Source: Tubiluchus corallicola (taxonomy: Eukaryota; Animalia; Priapulida). From it: a stretch of 38,450 nucleotides of DNA. The notes beneath the pieces are model-generated. The model saw only the letters and a program-made list of their open reading frames with translations. It made no database searches and had not been told where the DNA came from. How positions within the stretch are numbered: position 1 is the first letter of the stretch; each line of letters begins with the position of its first letter. Location: positions 1 to 38,450 of the forward strand of contig JAQGDQ010001489.1 of the NCBI GenBank assembly GCA_030141605.1, read 5' to 3'. Positions 10,701 through 38,450 of the stretch are shown here, in pieces. The position numbers and the translations under genes were made by a program.

Positions 10701-13697
10701 TGGCTAAAAAAAATTTGCATGTTAAAAATTTAAATACTAGGACAGTGACAGCTATAATTATAAACTGGAACACACCTGCGTTGACTCATAAAACACTCAA
10801 CAGATGGCAGCAAAACTATAAAGAAATCAACCAGTTTACATCATGGTTTTTACGACAGAAAATGAAGCACTGATAGAGATTTGCTTTCAATAGAAAATGG
10901 GACCAAATTCTCTGGAATATAGAATTCTCTTAAAGGAAGCCGGACGATTGTTTAGACTCAATCTCATTTTTATTTATTGTCCAAAATACACACTTTCTGG
11001 CCTATAAAAGTTAACAATTGTTTCGTATAATTGAATAATTTGCTTAGAAAGTTAATTAACGGCAACCGAACACAGCTATTGCTTACGTCAGAAACTAACC
11101 ACAGTTTGTGCAATGGCAGGTGTTCTCAGTTACGTTTGTGTATGTGTTATTGCTTAAAAGGGTGATGTCACAAAAAATGCGCTCTACGTCATATGACGTC
11201 AGAAACTAACACTGCAATTTATTGTCATGCTTTTCACGGTGACAAAAAGGCGCCGCTGGCAATCTTAGTAGATTCACTGAACTGCGCGTAGCTTTAAAAG
11301 TTTAACGAAATTTGAGTATCCGAGGTAATTATTATTTAATCTAAGCTTTGATTTAAGAATGGCTATCGCACTTTTCAATATTTTAGAGAATTCTTTATTC
11401 TGAACTAAAGTTGACACAATCATCCGGTTTTCGCTTAAAAGGAAGGTGTACAATGACCGCATAGAGCCGTTTGATGCAAGGGAGCCAAAGTCAAAAAGCG
11501 TTTAGTGATGGAACCAAATATCCCCTAAAGGATACGAAAAATCACCCTGTTTCCTATATTGCTATTTTACTTCACTTTTGTGAGAGGTGGTTTACTTGTT
11601 CTTAATTTAGTTACTTGGTTCATTGTTGGCAACGGATACACAAACAATGAAATACATTCTGACGTCAGAAACGGCATCTCCACTGGAACAGTTGAAGGCT
11701 TGAAATGTGCATACGACCGCCCCACAAATTAGTAAGTAGGCCTAAAGATTTATAGATTTTATGTAAATTGAAGTTTGTAGTCTATGAAAATTAGAAAAAA
11801 AAACATGAATCGACTTGACTGGTTATCACAAGATGAAGGTTATGATTGCTCTATGATTCAAACATTTTTTGCTATTCACTAATGACCTCATATTTTTAGT
11901 GTTTTTTCTAAAATTGTTTGCTTACTTGGTTGCTTGATAAGATGACTGGTTGTCTGCTTGGTTGGTTGATTAGATGACTTCTTGCTTGCTTGGTTGCTTG
12001 ATTAGATGACCGCTTGCTTACTTGGTTACTTGAGTAGATGACTGATTGTCTGCTTGGTGATTGTTTGCTAATTATCTGCGTCTCTGATTGTGTAACTTTT
12101 AAATTAAGTGAATTTGTGCTACCATGCTGCAAAACTAACAAGGTGATCATCCAAACAACAAATTAATCAACCAACCAGAAAACCAGCCAACCAACCAACC
12201 AAATAAATAAACCAACCAACCAATCAACTAACCGACAACCAGTCAAGCCAGACTAAACCAAACCAATCCATCAAGTAGCTAACCAACCGACCAGCTAGCC
12301 TGCCTGACTACCTAACATCTTGTTGCCAACATACTTGTCTATCTGCACCTATTTTGTTACATGCGAGCTTGCCTATTTACCTAACTACTCATCTACCTGC
12401 CTACCTATCTACATGCCTACCTGCCTACCTACCTACCTACCTACCTACCTACCTACCTACCTACCTACCTACCTACCTACCTACCTACCTACCTACCTAC
12501 CTACCTACCTACCTGCCTATCTATCTACCTACCTACCTACCTACCTACCTACCTACCTACCTACCTGTCTATCTACTTACCTACCTGTCTGCCTGCCTAG
12601 CTACCTACCTGTCTAGTTACCTGCCTACCTATCTATCTATCTACCTCCTATCTTCCGACCTACTTACCTATCTGCCTACCTACCTACCTATCAACCTACC
12701 TACCTATCAATCTACATGTCTACCTATCTATCTACCTACCTACCTACCTATCTGCCTACCTGCCTACCTGCCTACCTACCTACTTACCTACCTACCTACC
12801 TACCTACCTGCCTGCCTATCTATCTACCTACCTACCTACCTACCTGCCTACCTGTCTATCTACCTACCTACCGTCTGCCTGCCTAGCTACCTACCTGTCT
12901 AGTTACCTGCCTACCTATCTATCTATCTACCTCCTATCTTCCGAGCTACTTACCTATCTGCCTACCTACCTACCTATCAACCTACCTACCTATCAATCTA
13001 CATGTCTACCTATCTATCTACCTACCTACCTACCTATCTGCCTACCTGCCTACCTGCCTACCTACCTACTTACCTACCTACCTACCTACCTACCTGCCTG
13101 CCTATCTATCTACCTACCTACCTACCTACCTACCTACCTACCTACCTACCTGTCTATCTACCTACCTACCGTCTGCCTGCCTAGCTACCTACCTGTCTAG
13201 TTACCTGCCTACCTATCTATCTATCTACCTCCTATCTTCCGAGCTACTTACCTATCTGCCTACCTGCCTACCTATCAACCTACCTACCTACTTACCTATC
13301 AATCTACATGTCTACCTATCTATCTACCTACCTACCTACCTACCTACCTACCTACCTACCTACCTACCTACCTACCTACCTATCTACCTACCCACCTACC
13401 TACCTGTTCATCTACCTGCTTGACAATTGTTAATTATTTCCTACTTGCCGCTTGGAAGCCAACATTTCTGTTCCTGCAAGTTACAAATTTGTTTATTTAT
13501 GTTTATGTTTGAAAATCATAACTGAAAACTGTTTTTCTTTCAGCGGCTACCGGAGATTACCGCGTTACACCGGAAACAACGTGGTTACCATCTTTTTACC
13601 ACCTAATACCTCAGTATTTGACGTAGATTGGCTTAGTATTTACTGCATTCGTTTTACCCGTGATTTTGGACATGTCTACATGAGACCGGAAGCATAA
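4404..13697 (+). CDS. Secreted tandem DM13-domain protein (Skeletor-like), 7 coding exons, 283 aa (gene span)
   Basis: Exons 4404-4473, 5149-5295, 6745-6820, 7690-7798, 9424-9598, 11611-11731, 13544-13697 are all GT-AG, phase-consistent and total 852 nt. Signal peptide [19 protein letters not shown]. Two DM13-like repeats: [37 protein letters not shown] and [43 protein letters not shown]. Confidence 0.88.
4555..4855. repeat. (TCA/TCG)n microsatellite
   Basis: Seen directly; intron 1 of the DM13 gene. Confidence 0.9.
5149..5295 (+). CDS. DM13 gene exon 2
   Basis: ttttgtag acceptor; [48 protein letters not shown]; G|gtaggt. Confidence 0.88.
5396..6160. repeat. Compound pentanucleotide microsatellite (ATATG/AATGC/AATAC/AACAC/AGTAC)
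   Basis: Seen directly. Confidence 0.97.
6415..6608 (+). mobile_element. Family 2 MITE fragment
   Basis: Shares CCGTTAATTAAG..TAATCTATTATTTAATTATCAGAAAC and the AATCATCC..TCTTCCTTAA end. Confidence 0.6.
6745..6820 (+). CDS. DM13 gene exon 3
   Basis: tttttttcag acceptor; [24 protein letters not shown]; GG|gtaagg. Confidence 0.82.
6940..7625. repeat. Compound pentanucleotide microsatellite (GTAGA/GTGGA/GTAGG/GCAGA/ACAAA/ACCAA/ACCCA)
   Basis: Seen directly. Confidence 0.97.
7690..7798 (+). CDS. DM13 gene exon 4
   Basis: tttgcgcag acceptor; [36 protein letters not shown]; |gtaaaa. Confidence 0.85.
7915..8260. repeat. (GAT/GAC)n microsatellite
   Basis: Seen directly. Confidence 0.9.
8563..9134 (+). 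mobile_element. MITE family 2 (Kolobok-like end), left boundary uncertain
   Basis: Colinear with 34216-34773; ends AATCATCCCGTCTTCCTTTAA. Confidence 0.7.
9131..9346 (+). mobile_element. Short, internally deleted family 2 MITE
   Basis: Starts TTAAGGGGAA at the TTAA ending the previous copy; repeats its last ~145 bp; ends CTGTCTTCCTTTAA. Confidence 0.6.
9424..9598 (+). CDS. DM13 gene exon 5
   Basis: ccttgcag acceptor; [13 protein letters not shown]...[14 protein letters not shown]; T|gtaagt. Confidence 0.88.
9729..10609 (+). mobile_element. 5'-truncated CR1/L2-like LINE 3' end, copy 2
   Basis: [21 protein letters not shown] ... [17 protein letters not shown] ... [17 protein letters not shown]; same tail; degenerate flanking duplication 9701-9728 / 10610-10637 (23/28 identical). 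Confidence 0.85.
10930..11438 (+). mobile_element. MITE family 1, copy B
   Basis: TTAA AGGAAGCCGGACGATTGT ... ACAATCATCCGGTTTTCGC TTAA imperfect TIRs; ~510 bp non-coding. Confidence 0.82.
11611..11731 (+). CDS. DM13 gene exon 6
   Basis: cttaatttag acceptor; [39 protein letters not shown]; TA|gtaagt. Confidence 0.82.
12370..13420. repeat. (CCTA)n-based microsatellite with ~290-bp higher-order units
   Basis: Marker GTCTGCCTGCCTAGCTAC..CTTCCGA recurs at ~12587, 12873 and 13171. Confidence 0.92.
13544..13697 (+). CDS. DM13 gene exon 7 (terminal)
   Basis: tttctttcag acceptor; [53 protein letters not shown]. Confidence 0.9.
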
Positions 13698-13944
13698 ATC
13701 AGCGTTTTTTATTTATTTATTTTTCTTTGTTTTTCATTTTGCTACATAGAAATCGATCTTAACACCATTCGGGACACAACGACCGTAGATTTTGCTGTAA
13801 TTTAACGAAAAGAAACGTTTTTGTATTAAGAATCCCATTACAATCAAAGATCTCAATAGAATTTTATAAGACTGTCATGGATTCTGGCCTCTCAATGTCA
13901 TTCTCGTTCTCGCAAAGTGGCGGCTCGTAGGTAAAATTATTGAT

Positions 13945-14320
13945 GTAAAAATCTTCGTATATAACGTACTCGGATATAAGGGACTTTTGGTTATACGGGA
14001 CGATATCTTCAAGTCCCGCGTAATAGGAACGCAGGTAAATTACCTCGCATATAAGGGACCCTATGATCAAAGGAAAATTGATTGATTTTTAACCTCAATT
14101 TTTCGAAAACTCGGCCTTTGAACAGCTCGGTTTCCGCGGTCACATACATCTCGCTTCACTGAAGGAGCTTCTTACGTACCGTTTGCACTTGAATGTGTAG
14201 CAATAATCCATAAAAATATGGGTAAAAGTACAGGTCTAGATACACCCTCGGTCTGACTCAATTTTGGGTGTAACAGACGGTTTTTTCCGGTCCGGAGGTG
14301 TCACTTATATCCGAGGTTGA
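13945..14320. mobile_element. Degenerate mariner-type MITE
   Basis: Inverted CTCGGATATAAG (left) / CTTATATCCGAG (right); outer termini eroded. Confidence 0.4.
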
Positions 14321-14442
14321 TGGCAGTTAAAATTAGTGGAGGTGCTGCTTCAGAATTTTTTTAGCCGTTGTTTTAATACTGTGTAAAACGAAACAAACTT
14401 ATGTGATTTTTATGTTGTAATTTGTAATTGTAATTTTAAACA

Positions 14443-14469
14443 AATAAACACATTAATAAACATAATAAA
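14443..14469 (+). terminator. Candidate polyadenylation signals of the DM13 gene
   Basis: Three clustered AATAAA hexamers ~750 nt after the stop codon; inference only. Confidence 0.4.
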
Positions 14470-14802
14470 ATCCTAAACAAAAAGATATTTTTTGCTTACG
14501 AATAGCCTAAATTGTTCCAGTTCAAGCTTGATCCATTGACCGTATATCAACAACATATACTCACTTTGAGTACCAAAAATTATTAATATTTCTCAGTTTC
14601 ATGACGGAAATGTAAAATGCAAACATATCAGACTTGGAATCAAGTTTATTTACATAAAAGTAGCCTGGAGTTGCACACAAGAAACTCATGCAGAAGTTGA
14701 CTGAGATTACAATGCTCAACATGTTTCATTCAATTTTGTACGTTTGTTTGTTTGTTTGTTTGCTTGCTTGCTATAGATTTCACTATTTGTTTGTCTGTCC
14801 AA

Positions 14803-15439
14803 TTAATCCTCATAGGGTCACCGGGGGGTAAAAAATTACCCCCGCACCGGTTTTTTGCATTTTACCCTTTTACCATACGCATCCCAGTAAACCTTTTCTA
14901 TGACTTTTTCTAAATATGTTTTGTTCACAAAATACTTTCAGTTATTTATGTTAGGCGCATTGTCTCACCACGAAATAAAAGTGAAAATGCAATATGTCGA
15001 TTTTTTAAAATTGTCGAAACTTTACTTCGCTTGTCTATACATTATACGGGCGATGTATCGGATAAAACAAAATGTCAGTTACTCAAATTACGCCACCTAA
15101 AAGAAGAAAGTAGTAGACAATAAATTCAAAATAACAATGATTTTTGCACACGCGCTAGCAATGTCGGTTGTCTAAAGTTATTCCAGCATAGATAAGGGAA
15201 CGTAACTAAGTGAATTTAAATTTCGTATTACTAGTAAGTCACATGTCTTTTAGCAGAGGTATCCTATGGTGTTCAGCATAACTACAAATTATGCTGTTGC
15301 TGTTTACTAATGAAACACGGCGGTTGTTTACTAATGAAACACGGCGTTTATCAAAAATAATTTACGAATTATGGTGGAGTAATTTTTTACCCCCGTTACC
15401 AAAATTTGTTGTAAAAAATCGTGACCCCATAAGGGTTAA
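14803..15439. mobile_element. piggyBac-like non-autonomous element
   Basis: TTAA TCCTCATAGGGTCAC ... GTGACCCCATAAGGG TTAA (12/15 TIR match) plus subterminal GGGGTAAAAAATTAC inverted motifs. Confidence 0.72.
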
Positions 15440-15893
15440 CTTTGAAAAGGTTTAAGAAGACACGCCTCTGACAACGTGCGGCCATAGAAGATATAACGTA
15501 CGCTAGACTGTTTTAAAAAGTTTGTTTGCTGGTTTGAGTTCATAAACAGGTGCCTCACAAATATACAAGTGATTTCTTGCCAAATCTTGAAAAAATTGTA
15601 ATGTTGCTTGTCTTTTCGCTCGCTAGATGTCGCGAAGAATCAAAATGGCGTTCAACACCAATAGTTGGCGATACTCTTTCACGCATTGCATATATATGTA
15701 GTAACTCTAGTAGTGATTAAATGCTGTAGCGTGGAACTCTTGGCACTGTTTTCTTCAAACGAACCTCTCATAGGCTAGTGTCGCCATCTGACGACTTCAA
15801 TAACAGTTAAACACAATACTGTGAAAATTAAACACAGTTTTTTTAGTTTAGATCACCAATAGGCAAACGAGTATTCAAGGTAGTTCTCTCGTA

Positions 15894-37846
<21,953 letters not shown>

Positions 37847-37959
37847 CTGAAATGCAAGTAATCATCCTACGTAAATACTAGGTGTGCATAAGTATGCAAG
37901 TGGGAGGGAAGGGTGATGAAAGGGACGGGAGAAAAGCGGAAAAGAAATATAGGGGGTGA

Positions 37960-38217
37960 TTGAGAGAGAAAGCACAGAGAAAGAGTGAGTAAGAGATGGG
38001 GAGAAAAGAGAGAGAGGAACACAGAGAGAAAGAAAAGTATATAGAGAGAGGGAGGGTAACAGAGAGACAAAGAGAGAGAGAAAGAGAGAACGAGAGAGAT
38101 TGAGTGAGAGAGAAAGTACAGAGCAAGAGTAGGAGAGAGTAAGAGACGGGGAGAAAAGAGAGAAAGCGATGGAGGCAGAGAACAAAAACAGAGAGAGGAA
38201 CACAAATAGAAAGAAAT

Positions 38218-38304
<87 letters not shown>

Positions 38305-38450
38305 CAAACAGAGAGACAGAGAGAAAGAGAGGGAGTGTGAGAGAGAAAGCACAGAGAAAGAGTGAGAGAGAGAGAGAGAGAGAGAAAGAGAAAGAGAGAG
38401 ATTAAGAGATGGGGAGAAAAAAAGAGAGAGAGGAACACAGAGAGAAAGAG
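37960..38450. repeat. (GA)-rich microsatellite/low-complexity tract
   Basis: Seen directly. Confidence 0.9.

Overview
Repeat-rich invertebrate animal (eukaryotic) genomic DNA, not prokaryotic. Two convergent spliced genes can be rebuilt by hand with consistent splice phases. One is a complete 7-exon, 283-aa secreted tandem-DM13 (Skeletor-like) gene on + (4404-13697). The other is the last 12 coding exons of an SLC5 sodium:solute symporter of the SMCT/SMVT/NIS group on - (37846-15894; 5' end outside the window). One SLC5 intron holds a young, full-length 6.1-kb BEL/Pao LTR retrotransposon (17838-23952; 5-bp TSD, ~99% identical LTRs, one in-frame TGA before integrase) nested in a TTAA-type MITE. 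Also present are three 5'-truncated CR1-like LINE ends (one inserted exactly on an SLC5 splice donor and duplicating it), Kolobok-, piggyBac- and mariner-type MITEs, four minisatellites (24, 41, 62, 123 bp) and many compound microsatellites, which explain most long ORFs in the track. I see no clearly new multi-gene system. The best leads are repeat/splice-site interactions and an unusually basic predicted SLC5 substrate pocket. All alignments were done by eye.
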